A stretch of 64,000 bases of DNA from Pyrobaculum sp. (GTDB lineage Archaea > Thermoproteota > Thermoprotei > Thermoproteales > Thermoproteaceae): positions 15,765 through 79,764 of the forward strand of contig JBKBOT010000002.1 of the NCBI GenBank assembly GCA_046293555.1. The letters are read 5' to 3'. The notes under the pieces were generated by a model. The model did no database searches and was not told the origin of the DNA. It saw only the letters and a list, made by a program, of their open reading frames with translations. A program made the translations under genes and the position numbers. Below, in pieces: positions 26,255 to 36,357 of this stretch. Position 1 is the stretch's first letter; each line of letters begins with the position of its first letter.

Positions 26255-26665
26255 TCAGTGATATTTTTGTTTTAAAGAACTTAAGAGCTGCCTCATGTCG
26301 TCTACAACTAGAGACCTACTTCTCACCTCTAGAAAGATCACGTCGTCGCCACGTGAGACTCTCAGCAGGCCTCTATATGCATGTTGTTTGTCAAACTTCA
26401 CATATAGCCTATTTTTCTCGGCGCCAGATAGAAAAAGCGTGAACTCCACATCGTCTAGCCTGGAGATAATAGACTTCAGGGCCTCAAAGGCGTCCCAATC
26501 CACAAGCTTTATCTCTACTATATGGATGAGGTTTTTGTAATGACCCACCGCCGTCTTGACGGCATAACGGCCCTCCACCACGTTTTTCAACGCACGGATT
26601 ACACGTACTGGATCTTCTGTGGAGTGTATGTAGGCCCTGGCGTAGAGGAGAGATATTGGAGACAT
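26255..26665 (-). CDS. DUF54-type RNA-binding protein (exosome-operon associated)
   Basis: HSTED, GHYKN, LYVKFDKQ.AY.G, GDDVI. Confidence 0.85.
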   Translation of the reverse strand: MSPISLLYARAYIHSTEDPVRVIRALKNVVEGRYAVKTAVGHYKNLIHIVEIKLVDWDAFEALKSIISRLDDVEFTLFLSGAEKNRLYVKFDKQHAYRGLLRVSRGDDVIFLEVRSRSLVVDDMRQLLSSLKQKYH

Positions 26666-26690
26666 ATGTTTTATATGTTGACTTTACTTA

Positions 26691-26945
26691 ATGAGTCTCT
26701 ATGTCGTACAGACTGGCAACATATCTCTTAGATGCGACATGGACTACAGTGCAAGCAAAGAGGTCGCATGTGTGGTGGAAGGTGTAGACAACACATGTGT
26801 TGCAGAAGTGGTAAAAAAACTGGAGCTGGGAGACCTCATAAAAAATGTAAATAATCACATCTACATATCTACATCTATATTCACAATAGGTAAGACCCCC
26901 GGCGAGGTTATAAAGGAGATAGTTACCTTACTCCGGTTTTGTTAG
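26691..26945 (+). CDS. hypothetical protein
   Basis: 84-aa ORF filling the gap. Confidence 0.6.
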   Translation: MSLYVVQTGNISLRCDMDYSASKEVACVVEGVDNTCVAEVVKKLELGDLIKNVNNHIYISTSIFTIGKTPGEVIKEIVTLLRFC

Positions 26946-27682
26946 CCCCTTTTTGACGCCCCAAATTTTGCCAAAAGCTGATCCACCTCTTCTGGCGATA
27001 GTTTTTTCATTTTCTTCTCGTCTATAGAGGCATAGGCAATTTCGATATTTGTGCTATCTACATCTACCGCAGAGGCTAGGGCTTTTACAGTTAGCTCGAT
27101 ACATCCATCCATCTCTAGGTCATGTCTATAGCTTTTCTCTAGAAACTCCATTATTGTGCCAGACTCCGCGCCTATTGCCGTGGCGTAATAGCCTATGTAG
27201 ACACCAGAAGGGTCTGTCTGGAAGAGCCGCATGCCGTGTCTATCAATTCCGGCTATAAGTAGCGCCACCCCAAAGGGTCTGGCTCCGCCGAATTGTGTAT
27301 ATTGCTGCTTTAAATTACAGACAGCCTTTGTTAAGAACTCTACGTCTATCGGCTCGTCGTAGATAAACCTGTGGCTTAACGCCACATCTCTGGCGTAGTC
27401 AATTAGAATTCTTGCGTCTGCCAGAAGGCCCGAGGGAGATACCGCAGCGTGTTCATCCACTAGATATATCTTTTCTAGAGAGGTTGGGTCAAATAGCGCC
27501 GATATTTTTCTTTTCTCAGCCGCAAGCACCACGCCGCTTTTACATTTAACCCCCACCGTGGGCCAACCCCTTTTGACGGCCTCCCCGGCGTATTCCACCT
27601 GATAGATCTTACCCTCTGGCGAGAATATAGTTATGGCTCTGTCATAGCCTGCCATAGCGGGGGGAAACATAGCTACTGCCAA
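26942..27682 (-). CDS. psmA: proteasome subunit alpha
   Basis: GYDRAITIFSPEGKIYQVEYA, RPFGVALL, TDPSG; annotated start uncertain. Confidence 0.97.
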   Translation of the reverse strand: MAVAMFPPAMAGYDRAITIFSPEGKIYQVEYAGEAVKRGWPTVGVKCKSGVVLAAEKRKISALFDPTSLEKIYLVDEHAAVSPSGLLADARILIDYARDVALSHRFIYDEPIDVEFLTKAVCNLKQQYTQFGGARPFGVALLIAGIDRHGMRLFQTDPSGVYIGYYATAIGAESGTIMEFLEKSYRHDLEMDGCIELTVKALASAVDVDSTNIEIAYASIDEKKMKKLSPEEVDQLLAKFGASKRG

Positions 27683-27743
27683 GTCACGTCTTTAAATATA
27701 TTCTCACCCAAAAAAGGTTATATCTCAACTTGTCTCCAACGAC

Positions 27744-28847
27744 GTGAGTAACCGTACGCAATATCTCAAAAGGCTAGAGAGGTGGGGCGGAGAGGTGGCC
27801 AAATCTATACTAGAACTTAAAGAGCCTGTGATGGAGATACCTGCACGTACTGCAAATAACATCATTTGGGACGAGAAGGCAAAAATACTTAGGTTAGGCA
27901 AAGAGAAGATGTACAGGAGGTTTCTCGACGTCAAGGAGGCCCGTAAGTTCATGCAGACAGTCTTAATGCTCCGCCTCATAGTAGAGGCAGTTAGGGAAGA
28001 TGTATATCCAACTATACGTGACCTGTATTATAACGGGAAACACACCACGTTTTTTAAAGACCCCCTCGGGAAAGTACATAAGGAAAACACTTGGGATGAA
28101 CAGACGGAATCTAACGCAGTTATTGAGGACATCGAGGTGGCAACTTCCGTCTTGAGAGAAGAAATAGGCATTTCTGCAGACGTAAAGGGCAAAGTCGTTG
28201 GGCCGATTGTGGTGAGGTCTCAGGGATATGAGCTAGATGCCAGCAGGTTTGGAGAAACCGCCCTAAGCCTACCTGTAAATGTGGACACACTAGAGATAGT
28301 CAAGGTGGAGGCAGCTTACGTGCTTGTAGTTGAGAAAGACGCAATTTTTCAACGCCTTGTAAGAGAGAAGTTCTGGAGTCAGGAAAACGCCATCTTAGTT
28401 ACAGCTAAGGGCATGCCCGACAGGGCGACGAGACGGTTTGTGAGAAGACTTAGCGACGAATATAAACTGCCAGTCTATGTGCTAACTGATGGAGACCCCT
28501 ACGGGTGGTATATCTACTCTGTATATAAGTCGGGTTCTATAAAGTTGAGTTATGAAAGCGAGAGGCTCGCCACGCCAGAAGCCAAATTCCTTGGGCTCAC
28601 CGCGACAGATATAGATACATACAAGATCTCGGACAACTACGTAATTGCGGCCAATGAGCGCGACGTAAAAAGGGCACAGGAACTTCTGAGGTATCAGTGG
28701 TTTCAAAAATCTGAGTGGCTACATGAGATAAACCTATTTCTAAAAAAGAAGAAGAAAGTAGAGATTGAGGCTCTCTCCACACATGGGTTTAAGTTCCTAC
28801 ATGACTACATTAAAGACAAGATCCGGAAGGGGAAGTTTATAGACTAA
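27744..28847 (+). CDS. top6A: DNA topoisomerase VI subunit A
   Basis: TIRDLYY, VVEKDA, KGMPDRATR, TDGDPYG. Confidence 0.96.
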   Translation: MSNRTQYLKRLERWGGEVAKSILELKEPVMEIPARTANNIIWDEKAKILRLGKEKMYRRFLDVKEARKFMQTVLMLRLIVEAVREDVYPTIRDLYYNGKHTTFFKDPLGKVHKENTWDEQTESNAVIEDIEVATSVLREEIGISADVKGKVVGPIVVRSQGYELDASRFGETALSLPVNVDTLEIVKVEAAYVLVVEKDAIFQRLVREKFWSQENAILVTAKGMPDRATRRFVRRLSDEYKLPVYVLTDGDPYGWYIYSVYKSGSIKLSYESERLATPEAKFLGLTATDIDTYKISDNYVIAANERDVKRAQELLRYQWFQKSEWLHEINLFLKKKKKVEIEALSTHGFKFLHDYIKDKIRKGKFID

Positions 28848-28912
28848 ATATAGCGCCGCCTCACTTTTAGCTCTCAAAAATATATTTATATATGTTATCT
28901 ATTTAGATATAT

Positions 28913-29908
28913 ATGAGAGGCGAGGTTAGAAGAGTTCAGCTAACTGGCGGCGCCACTCTTATCGTAAGTCTCCCCAAGGAGTGGGCTAAGAGAATCTCGC
29001 TTTCGCCAGGCGACGAGGTTATTGTGACAACTCAGCCAGACGACACACTTGTATTAATTCCTAAAAGACTCGGGCGTGGGACAGGGGTAATTGCAGAACT
29101 CGCCATAACCAAGCCTGTAGATGTGAGAGAAGTGGAGAGGCTCTTCATGACGTTATACATAGGCGGCGCCGAGACCATCATAGTGAGGTTTTCCCCCACG
29201 GCGATAGGGCTCCGACGGCAGATAAAAGACTTCATTAGGAGGAGAGTAGTAGACATGGAGATTGTAGAAGAGGCGAGCGACAAGCTAATTGTACAGTCTA
29301 TGATTTCTGCAACAGAGCTAACTGTGGTAGATATAGCGAGCAAGATGTTACGACTTGTGGAAAACATGCTGGCAGACCTAATGGTGGGGCTGGAGAAAGA
29401 CGACGTAGTTATGTTAAAAGACGTGATAGAAAGAGATGACGAGGTAGACAGACTTTATTGGCTGATAGAACGCCAACTTAAACGCGCCGCGATGTCTAGA
29501 TATATCATGCTAGAGCTAAAAATAGACGACCCCCGAGACCTGGTGGAATACATAATCATAGCTAAGTCCATCGAGAGGATGGCTGACCACATCTGTAGAA
29601 TTGCGTATATAAGCCAAGAGGAGAAAATAGACATAAGGATCGTTATACCAGTTCTGAGAAAAGTTTCAGATTTTTTAAAACAGACAGAAACCATACTGAC
29701 CGGCGAGGCGGCCCCAAAGAAAGTCGCAGAACTACAAAACGAGATCACCTCGTGGAGTCAAAAAACGCGGCGTGAAGAAACCCTGCCAGACCCGGCGACC
29801 TCAATAGCAAAAGAAAGCGCCGTGAGAATAGGGGAGTACATTGGGGATATAGTAGAGGCGCTGGGTAGAATCAAGCTTAAAGACAAGGCGTTAGTCGTCA
29901 GCGATTAA
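28913..29908 (+). CDS. phosphate uptake regulator (AbrB plus PhoU domains)
   Basis: RRVQLTGG..IVSLPKEW; DDEVDRLY; ERMADH. Confidence 0.9.
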   Translation: MRGEVRRVQLTGGATLIVSLPKEWAKRISLSPGDEVIVTTQPDDTLVLIPKRLGRGTGVIAELAITKPVDVREVERLFMTLYIGGAETIIVRFSPTAIGLRRQIKDFIRRRVVDMEIVEEASDKLIVQSMISATELTVVDIASKMLRLVENMLADLMVGLEKDDVVMLKDVIERDDEVDRLYWLIERQLKRAAMSRYIMLELKIDDPRDLVEYIIIAKSIERMADHICRIAYISQEEKIDIRIVIPVLRKVSDFLKQTETILTGEAAPKKVAELQNEITSWSQKTRREETLPDPATSIAKESAVRIGEYIGDIVEALGRIKLKDKALVVSD

Positions 29909-30408
29909 CACAAGGCGACAACGACGTAGATATCTTCAAAAAAGAGATGTAGCTTTACCACTCTTGCCACCCTACAGATGGCTCTAGTCGCCTCTAGGAT
30001 GAGGTCTATACGCCCCAGGGAGCTAGAGGTAAGTACAAACACGCGGGGTCTGAAGGCAGAAATCCACCTCAACACCTTTTGTGTCAAACCTACGTCGTAA
30101 AGATCTACGTAATGTGGCTCCTCTGGCGGCAGATACGGCAGGTTTGATACCAACACATCGCCACGTCTAAATGCCGCAGCCCCGTCGCCACACACCACAT
30201 CGACGTCATGTAGACAGGACTTACACGCCTCTATGTCTACATCTACGGCAATTACATGTCTACATCTTTCTGCCAGCCTTCTAGCCAGTACGCAAGACCC
30301 CGCGCCGACGTCTATACACACGTCCCCACTTAACTCCTTTAAAGCCTCCAGCATTAGATAGGTGTCTTCAGACGGCGGGTAGATGCCCCCATCGTGTTGA
30401 CACCTCAC
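29905..30408 (-). CDS. HemK2/PrmC-like SAM methyltransferase
   Basis: IYPPSEDTYL, DVGAGS, SNLPYLP, LFFE. Confidence 0.85.
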   Translation of the reverse strand: MRCQHDGGIYPPSEDTYLMLEALKELSGDVCIDVGAGSCVLARRLAERCRHVIAVDVDIEACKSCLHDVDVVCGDGAAAFRRGDVLVSNLPYLPPEEPHYVDLYDVGLTQKVLRWISAFRPRVFVLTSSSLGRIDLILEATRAICRVARVVKLHLFFEDIYVVVALC

Positions 30409-30416
30409 GCCGAGCG

Positions 30417-31220
30417 TTATCGTGAGACTGTTGATGTGGGCAAAAGGTAGAGCAGGGCGGGGATTACAAAGAAGACCAACAGAGCTCGCACTAACGAGTT
30501 CTCGTAGGCAATTCCCACTTCAAACGAATAGACCGTGGCAAATACCGCAGCGGTAAGTAACAACAAGATAAATAAGAGGATTTGGGAGACTGTGACTAGC
30601 TCTACCATGTTTGCAACTTGTGTAATTTGTACTAACGTTAGATGTATAGTGGGGTATATCACAAGCGGTGTTACCCCTATTGCCGCCTTATGTGGAGCTA
30701 TTTTAGCTAGGACATACGCCATGGCCAGGATTAAGGCGATAGAGGTTGTGGATATTATAAATGAGTGAAGTGGACCTATCTTAATGGAGTAGGGGAGATA
30801 ATACCCCACATAGGCAACTCCTAAGAGAGTTAGGGGCGGGTCGTGTAGTGACCCTAGTAGCAACGTGACTACCCACGTTGCGATTAATACCGAGGCGACA
30901 AAATGTATATATGGAGACACGAGAAGCCATACCACAAACGGCCGCCCGCCCATTAGTGAGAGAAAATTTAGACTCCTAAAAGGCTCTATGGCGGAAATCA
31001 CCGAGGCCACTCTCTCCCCAAGTTCGGTGAGATATACCATACTGTCTTCTCTCTTGACCACGCCGAGGCTTTCTAAAGCTGAGAGCTCGAAGAGTAACGT
31101 AGATGGAGAAAGTCTCAACTTGTCACGTATTTTTGTCAAAGTCAGTGGCCCCTCTTTGTGGAGTAGGAGCACTAGATCTCTCCTCCTGCCTATAGACGCT
31201 CCGTATATAGCGCGCTCCAC
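30417..31220 (-). CDS. wHTH domain fused to a multi-pass membrane domain
   Basis: N-terminal ArsR-like wHTH (YLTELG) followed by several TM segments. Confidence 0.7.
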   Translation of the reverse strand: MERAIYGASIGRRRDLVLLLHKEGPLTLTKIRDKLRLSPSTLLFELSALESLGVVKREDSMVYLTELGERVASVISAIEPFRSLNFLSLMGGRPFVVWLLVSPYIHFVASVLIATWVVTLLLGSLHDPPLTLLGVAYVGYYLPYSIKIGPLHSFIISTTSIALILAMAYVLAKIAPHKAAIGVTPLVIYPTIHLTLVQITQVANMVELVTVSQILLFILLLLTAAVFATVYSFEVGIAYENSLVRALLVFFVIPALLYLLPTSTVSR

Positions 31221-31318
31221 GCATAAGACAAAACACTGCCTTATTAACTCTATGGCATCTCTAAGCCGCGTTTTACTGGGGCGAAATTGTTAAAAATCCT
31301 TCAAACCATGCGTCTTTC

Positions 31319-31597
31319 ATGGCTACAGAACAGACAATACTGATAGGCAAAAAACCAACTACAAACTACGTAATTGCCACAGTAATGGCGTTCAACGCTG
31401 GGGTAAAAAAAGTGGTGCTTAAGGCAAGAGGCGCCGCGGTGTCTAAGGCCGTATCTACGGCGGTGATGGTTAGAGATAGGTTCCTGCCGGGCAAGGTCCA
31501 AATTAGAGACGTCAAGTTGTTAAGCGACAGGGTACAGGGGCAGGGAGGAAGAGAGAGAACAGTAGCAGCCGTCGAGGTGGTACTAGAAATGGCATAA
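31319..31597 (+). CDS. albA: chromatin protein Alba
   Basis: IGKKP..NYV, LKARG.AVSKAV. Confidence 0.96.
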   Translation: MATEQTILIGKKPTTNYVIATVMAFNAGVKKVVLKARGAAVSKAVSTAVMVRDRFLPGKVQIRDVKLLSDRVQGQGGRERTVAAVEVVLEMA

Positions 31598-31618
31598 TTT
31601 TTCCATGTCTCTTTTTAG

Positions 31619-32890
31619 ATGTCTCTTAGAGATGTCGTAAAGACACTCCCCACATTCCAACAGTTTCATCCCCCCTACGGCGAATTTTCTATCGCAAAAA
31701 TCCTAAAGGAGACTGAGGGAAAAACAACTCCCATATTTATAGATGTAAAAAGTGGGTTTACTGGCGTTGGAAATCTGGTAGATATACGGAAAAAGCTGTA
31801 TTGGTACCTAGATGCAAGTAACGACGTAGAGGCATACACACGGCTTTTAAGGGCGTTAGAAAGCCCCCTCGCCGTAGAGACTGTCTCCACCTGGAGAGAC
31901 CTCTATAGAGAGGTGGACTCTCTCTACGAGCTGCCTCTTGTCCGCTATTATGAGAAAGAGGCGCGGCCATATATAACCTCAGGTGTTTTAATAGGCGTAG
32001 GTATAGACGGCGTGGCGAACGCCTCTATACATAGGTTTTCGCCTATTAGCCACAAGAAGGCCGTGGTGAGACTAGTGCCGAGACATATGTATCAAATATA
32101 TAGAAGGGGTGTAGAGAGCGGGAAAGAGATACCAGTGGCGTTGGCGTGGGGTGTACACCCCCTAGTTCTACTCGCAGCCGCATCTTCGCCGCCCTACGGC
32201 GTATTTGAACTTGAGGTCGCCTCGCGGCTTTTAGGAGGGCTTAAGGCCGTAATTTTAGACAACGGCGTGACGGCGCCGTTTTTAGCTTCTGTCATAATAG
32301 AGGGCTTTTTGACAAAAGAACAGGCTGAGGAAGGGCCTTTTGTAGACATTGTCGGCGTCTATGACAGAGTTAGAATGCAGCCAGTAGTTAGAGTGGAGAA
32401 GATATATATAGTGAGAGAAGAGGCATATGTACACTACTTACTTCCAGCCGGTTTAGAACATATGGCCTTGATGGGGTTTGAAAAAGAGGTGAAGATATGG
32501 AATGCCGTGAGGTCTACGACGCCGGGGGTAAAAAAGGTGAGGCTCACCAAAGGCGGCTTCGGCTGGCTGGTCGCCGTGATATCGCTAGAGAAATCCGTAG
32601 AGGGCGACGCAAAAAACGCAATTCTGGCAGCTTTTGCCGCACATCCAAGCCTAAAGATAGCTATTACGGTAGATAGCGACATAGATCCAGAAGACCCCGT
32701 GATGGTAGAGTGGGCTATCGCAACTAGGCTTAGGGCGGATAGGGGGCTCTTCACAATTCCATATGTGAGAGGGTCCACGTTGGACCCCGTAGCGCTAAAC
32801 GCCGAGGGTCTTACATACAAGATTGGGATAGATGCCACAAGGCCTCTAGACGCAGATCCCACATTGTTTGAAAGGGCGAGGATACCATAG
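31619..32890 (+). CDS. UbiD-family decarboxylase, probable anhydromevalonate phosphate decarboxylase
   Basis: EGPFVD, VDSDIDP, EWAIATR, GSTLDP, KIGIDAT; adjacent to AcnX genes. Confidence 0.85.
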   Translation: MSLRDVVKTLPTFQQFHPPYGEFSIAKILKETEGKTTPIFIDVKSGFTGVGNLVDIRKKLYWYLDASNDVEAYTRLLRALESPLAVETVSTWRDLYREVDSLYELPLVRYYEKEARPYITSGVLIGVGIDGVANASIHRFSPISHKKAVVRLVPRHMYQIYRRGVESGKEIPVALAWGVHPLVLLAAASSPPYGVFELEVASRLLGGLKAVILDNGVTAPFLASVIIEGFLTKEQAEEGPFVDIVGVYDRVRMQPVVRVEKIYIVREEAYVHYLLPAGLEHMALMGFEKEVKIWNAVRSTTPGVKKVRLTKGGFGWLVAVISLEKSVEGDAKNAILAAFAAHPSLKIAITVDSDIDPEDPVMVEWAIATRLRADRGLFTIPYVRGSTLDPVALNAEGLTYKIGIDATRPLDADPTLFERARIP

Positions 32891-32914
32891 TTATTTATAC
32901 CGCCTAAATATTTC

Positions 32915-34027
32915 GTGGACATACGTGAGGTGATATTTAAGATTGCCGACGCCGTGTCTGAAGGAGAGGTTGTGCCCATAGAGACAGCCCACGTGTCTGG
33001 AGTCTCTTTCCTCACTATTGGCAGACATGGCGTGGAATTTTTAGAACACCTGGCGTCACTTGGCCTGAGGGTGTCTGTATTCACCACCTCGAACCCCTCC
33101 GCCGTGGATATAGGCAAGCTACTAGATGTCGACAAGACGGCGTTAGAAGGCCAGGGGAGGATAGACAGAGCGCTCAGGACGTTAGGCGTAAACACTTTCT
33201 ACCTATGTACTCCCTACGAGTTTGTACTAACCAGAGCTCGGACTTTTCACGCCTGGGCTGAGTCCAGCGCCGTGACTTATATAAACACCTTTAGAGACGC
33301 CTGGTCAGACAAAAACCCAGGCCCCTTGGCGCTTTTAGGAGCGATAGCGGGTTTTGTGCCCCGCACAGCTTTATATACGCTAGAGGGGAGACGCCCCACA
33401 GCTCTGGTAAAGGTAGAAACAGGCCCAGTGGACTCGCTTGAGGCGGGCGTTGTGGGGACCTTAATTGGCGAGAGGCTAGGCACAGGGGTGCCATATGTCA
33501 AAGAACTCTCGTTTATAGATGAGGGAAGTAGGAGGGAATTTGTTGCGGCATTGTCGACATACTCATCTATAGCCTTCGCCGTGGTGGAAAACATTACTCC
33601 AAACTGGAAGGAATATGGGAGGCTGCTAGAAGTAGGCGACAAGATTAGTATCTCCAGGGGGGATATCGAGGCGTTTTTAAAAGACTCTGGAGAACCGGAG
33701 GTGGTATATCTAGGCTGTCCTCTCGCAGATCTAGACACAGTACTGTGGATAATTAACGAGGTGAGGAAAAGAGGCCCCGCCAGGAGGCCTATATATGTAT
33801 CCACGTCGCCCAACGTATATAAGGCAGTCGGAAAGCTTGCAGACAAGCTGGCTGAGTTAAATGTGAAAATTTTTGCGGGGTCCTGCCTCGTGGTGTCTCC
33901 ACACACAAGAAGGTTTAAAGTTTTAGCCACGGACTCCCTCAAGGCGCTATACTACATACCTAGGCTACATGGGGTCAAGACCATTCCCTGTAGGAGAGAG
34001 AGATGTATAGAGCTTGCGTATGCTTAG
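32915..34027 (+). CDS. aconitase X large subunit (phosphomevalonate dehydratase large subunit)
   Basis: AHVSGVS, CTPY, AWAESSA, LGCP, SCLVVSP, TDSLKA. Confidence 0.88.
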   Translation: MDIREVIFKIADAVSEGEVVPIETAHVSGVSFLTIGRHGVEFLEHLASLGLRVSVFTTSNPSAVDIGKLLDVDKTALEGQGRIDRALRTLGVNTFYLCTPYEFVLTRARTFHAWAESSAVTYINTFRDAWSDKNPGPLALLGAIAGFVPRTALYTLEGRRPTALVKVETGPVDSLEAGVVGTLIGERLGTGVPYVKELSFIDEGSRREFVAALSTYSSIAFAVVENITPNWKEYGRLLEVGDKISISRGDIEAFLKDSGEPEVVYLGCPLADLDTVLWIINEVRKRGPARRPIYVSTSPNVYKAVGKLADKLAELNVKIFAGSCLVVSPHTRRFKVLATDSLKALYYIPRLHGVKTIPCRRERCIELAYA

Positions 34028-34370
34028 ACCGGTGGTTAGGGGGGCGGGGCGTCTGTCTGCAGAAGTGGTGAGAATAGCCACGCCTGTATCCTTTCTGGGA
34101 GACCTAGATCCAGAAAGCGGCAAGCTCCTTGGGGTGGAGATTGCCGGAAAGATACTGTCTCTGCCTTATGTAAAGGGCTCCACGGTGGGGCCTTACGTGT
34201 TGTGGAGTATTTCAAAGAGGAAAAAGGCCCCCGTGGCTATTGTGGCCAAGAAGATAGACCTAATGTTAGTAACTGCCTGTGTGCTTGCCGAAATTCCGTT
34301 GTTTGAAGGGGAGATACACGGCAGTTGTGTAGACATAGATCTATCTACGGGGAAATATGTCGAATGTTGA
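34020..34370 (+). CDS. aconitase X small (swiveling) subunit (phosphomevalonate dehydratase small subunit)
   Basis: SFLGDLDP.SG, KGSTVG.YV. Confidence 0.9.
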   Translation: MLRPVVRGAGRLSAEVVRIATPVSFLGDLDPESGKLLGVEIAGKILSLPYVKGSTVGPYVLWSISKRKKAPVAIVAKKIDLMLVTACVLAEIPLFEGEIHGSCVDIDLSTGKYVEC

Positions 34371-34641
34371 TAAAAAGATACTAGCCACATTAGCTCTGTA
34401 CATGTTGGAAGAACTGGCGTGGCGTGAAAAAGTCAAGTTAAAATATTGGAAAACCTTTAGGCTAGTCCAGTTCTGGCTCGGAGAAGAGACCGCCAGAAAG
34501 ATAGTAGAGAAGTTAGCCGAGGGTAGGTACATAAAGCTAGAGGGGGGGTACGTAATTCTGCTTAAAAAATTTAAGCCAAGCAAGTCTCTCAACGCGATCT
34601 TGAGAGATACTTACACTCTTCTCGTTTTGCAAAGACTTTAA
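34357..34641 (+). CDS. small wHTH-like hypothetical protein
   Basis: Helix followed by a wing (EKLAEGRYIKLEGGYV); overlaps the AcnX small-subunit gene. Confidence 0.6.
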   Translation: MSNVDKKILATLALYMLEELAWREKVKLKYWKTFRLVQFWLGEETARKIVEKLAEGRYIKLEGGYVILLKKFKPSKSLNAILRDTYTLLVLQRL

Positions 34642-35350
34642 GCAGGCCCTCTGGTATTTGGTGTATATTTTCGCCATATATCACAGCCCTCCCTGCAAGC
34701 CACAAGAGTGTGTCTACATGGAGGGGGGGTATGCCCGCGGCGTGAGCTATGTAGCTCCAGGTTGTCTGGATCTCTTTCTGTCTCCTCATGGCCTCTTCCG
34801 GCGGGATGTCTACAAGCTTTGCACACCATGTGAGATACGCCACCCTGTAGTCTACAGGTAGTGGTATCTCAAAAGGCAGCGGCCTATCCACACCTCTTGT
34901 ACACATATAGACATAGTTTAAGATCTTTATGGCAAATACCACAGTTTTTTGTGTCGGCGGCGATTTTAACGCCGTGGAGATATCCCCCCAGGTCTTCTTG
35001 AGGTTTTCTAGGTCTGGCACATAGCCACAGAGCTTTAAAACACGTCTCTTTCTACTCTCTAGCCCCAGCCTTAGGTATGGGCTGGCTTTTAGATAGGCAA
35101 CAAAGTCGCCGCATATATTGCCCACATGGCGGGTTGAAAAGTAGTCGCCAAAAAACCCCCAGTGTTCTTCCCCCTTTCCTACAAGCTTGTAGCTAACCAA
35201 GGCGTTTAACATGGCGAGTCTGGCCCCCGCCTCTTCGCCATGTCTCTTTGCCGCCTTACACACAGCCACGAATTGGGGGTCACGTCTCTCTAGGCTAAAC
35301 ACCGCATCCATGCCGAAGTGCCTAATGGCCTCAATGACCTCTCTTGACAT
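34589..35350 (-). CDS. archaeal 8-oxoguanine DNA glycosylase/AP lyase (AGOG)
   Basis: DPQF, NALVSY.L.GKGEEHW, QKTVVFAIK, IPLPVDYRV, IPPLHVDTLLW. Confidence 0.93.
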   Translation of the reverse strand: MSREVIEAIRHFGMDAVFSLERRDPQFVAVCKAAKRHGEEAGARLAMLNALVSYKLVGKGEEHWGFFGDYFSTRHVGNICGDFVAYLKASPYLRLGLESRKRRVLKLCGYVPDLENLKKTWGDISTALKSPPTQKTVVFAIKILNYVYMCTRGVDRPLPFEIPLPVDYRVAYLTWCAKLVDIPPEEAMRRQKEIQTTWSYIAHAAGIPPLHVDTLLWLAGRAVIYGENIHQIPEGLLKVFAKREECKYLSRSR

Positions 35351-36335
35351 AATGCATGGGGTTTTTCACTCCGCAGTTAGCCACGCAGAGCCCCCAGCTT
35401 TTTAAAGTTTCGCAACTAGGCACTGAGTACTCCTTACGGCCCCCAGCCTGTCCCGCTATGTGTTGTACCTGATATCTGGTAATCTTCTCGTTGAAGTCGG
35501 GGACTGTTCTAAATAGGTCTACAATCTGCTCGACGTCCCACCCCCTTCTCAACAAGTACGTGACAATGGCAAACCTGGCGGCATGTGGGAGATTTTCCCC
35601 AGCTTTAAGCGTATTTAATATTGCGGTCATACAGGGGGGGTCTGGCCCCGCCGTGGGGGTTTTTACTTGTAGGGGCTTGTGTTTTATAAGGTCCCGGAGG
35701 GGGCTTAAATCTATCGACATGGCCACCTTGCCTACAGCAAGTTCGTTCTCTCTAGGTAGCTGTAATATACGTTGTTCATATGCCTCTTCCAGAAGTCTCT
35801 CAAAGTCGTCAACCGGCATTGCCACCCACCCTCTTATCACGGGGCGGTTGATCATAGCCCAGTAGGGATCTTGTGGGGCATATTTTAGATACGCCGTCCA
35901 CCTCACCGCAATTCGGTAAAAAGCGCTTATGACTCCCGGCGTTATCTCATGTGTGAGTTTTGTATCTACCCCAAGGTCTTTTGCAATTTCGATTTTACAT
36001 CTATCATCTTGAATACTTGGTATTTTTCTAAGTAGATCTACAAAATTTTTACTTTCGTAATCTGCAAATCTACGTAATATGTATATATTTCCAGTGGCAG
36101 CTGCTATATATAGCGCAAGTCTTGCCGCCGCGGCCTCCTCTTCAGCCCTGTCTAGACACAGCCTTACATTAAACGGCTCTCTGGCAATAGCCATACGTAA
36201 TTTCGCCATGGCCCTCTCTATAAGTGTCTTGTCTTCAAGCGTGGCCTCTAGCACAAAACCCCTCTTTGTGAGGTAGGCTACGGACTTTTCTAGAAATGGG
36301 AAATAACAAGAGAGCTCCCTCTGTGATTCACACAC
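35331..36335 (-). CDS. priL: DNA primase large subunit
   Basis: PPCM, NLPHAARF, PDFNEKITRYQVQHI, YSVPSC...C...C..KNP. Confidence 0.95.
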   Translation of the reverse strand: MCESQRELSCYFPFLEKSVAYLTKRGFVLEATLEDKTLIERAMAKLRMAIAREPFNVRLCLDRAEEEAAAARLALYIAAATGNIYILRRFADYESKNFVDLLRKIPSIQDDRCKIEIAKDLGVDTKLTHEITPGVISAFYRIAVRWTAYLKYAPQDPYWAMINRPVIRGWVAMPVDDFERLLEEAYEQRILQLPRENELAVGKVAMSIDLSPLRDLIKHKPLQVKTPTAGPDPPCMTAILNTLKAGENLPHAARFAIVTYLLRRGWDVEQIVDLFRTVPDFNEKITRYQVQHIAGQAGGRKEYSVPSCETLKSWGLCVANCGVKNPMHYVKRGH

Positions 36336-36357
36336 AGTATAACCTCAACTCGGGGTT

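Noticed and set aside
32434-33942. Long antisense ORFs (253 aa and 221 aa), and many similar ones across the window
   Set aside because: Ser/Thr-rich shadows opposite well-supported genes, with no recognisable motifs
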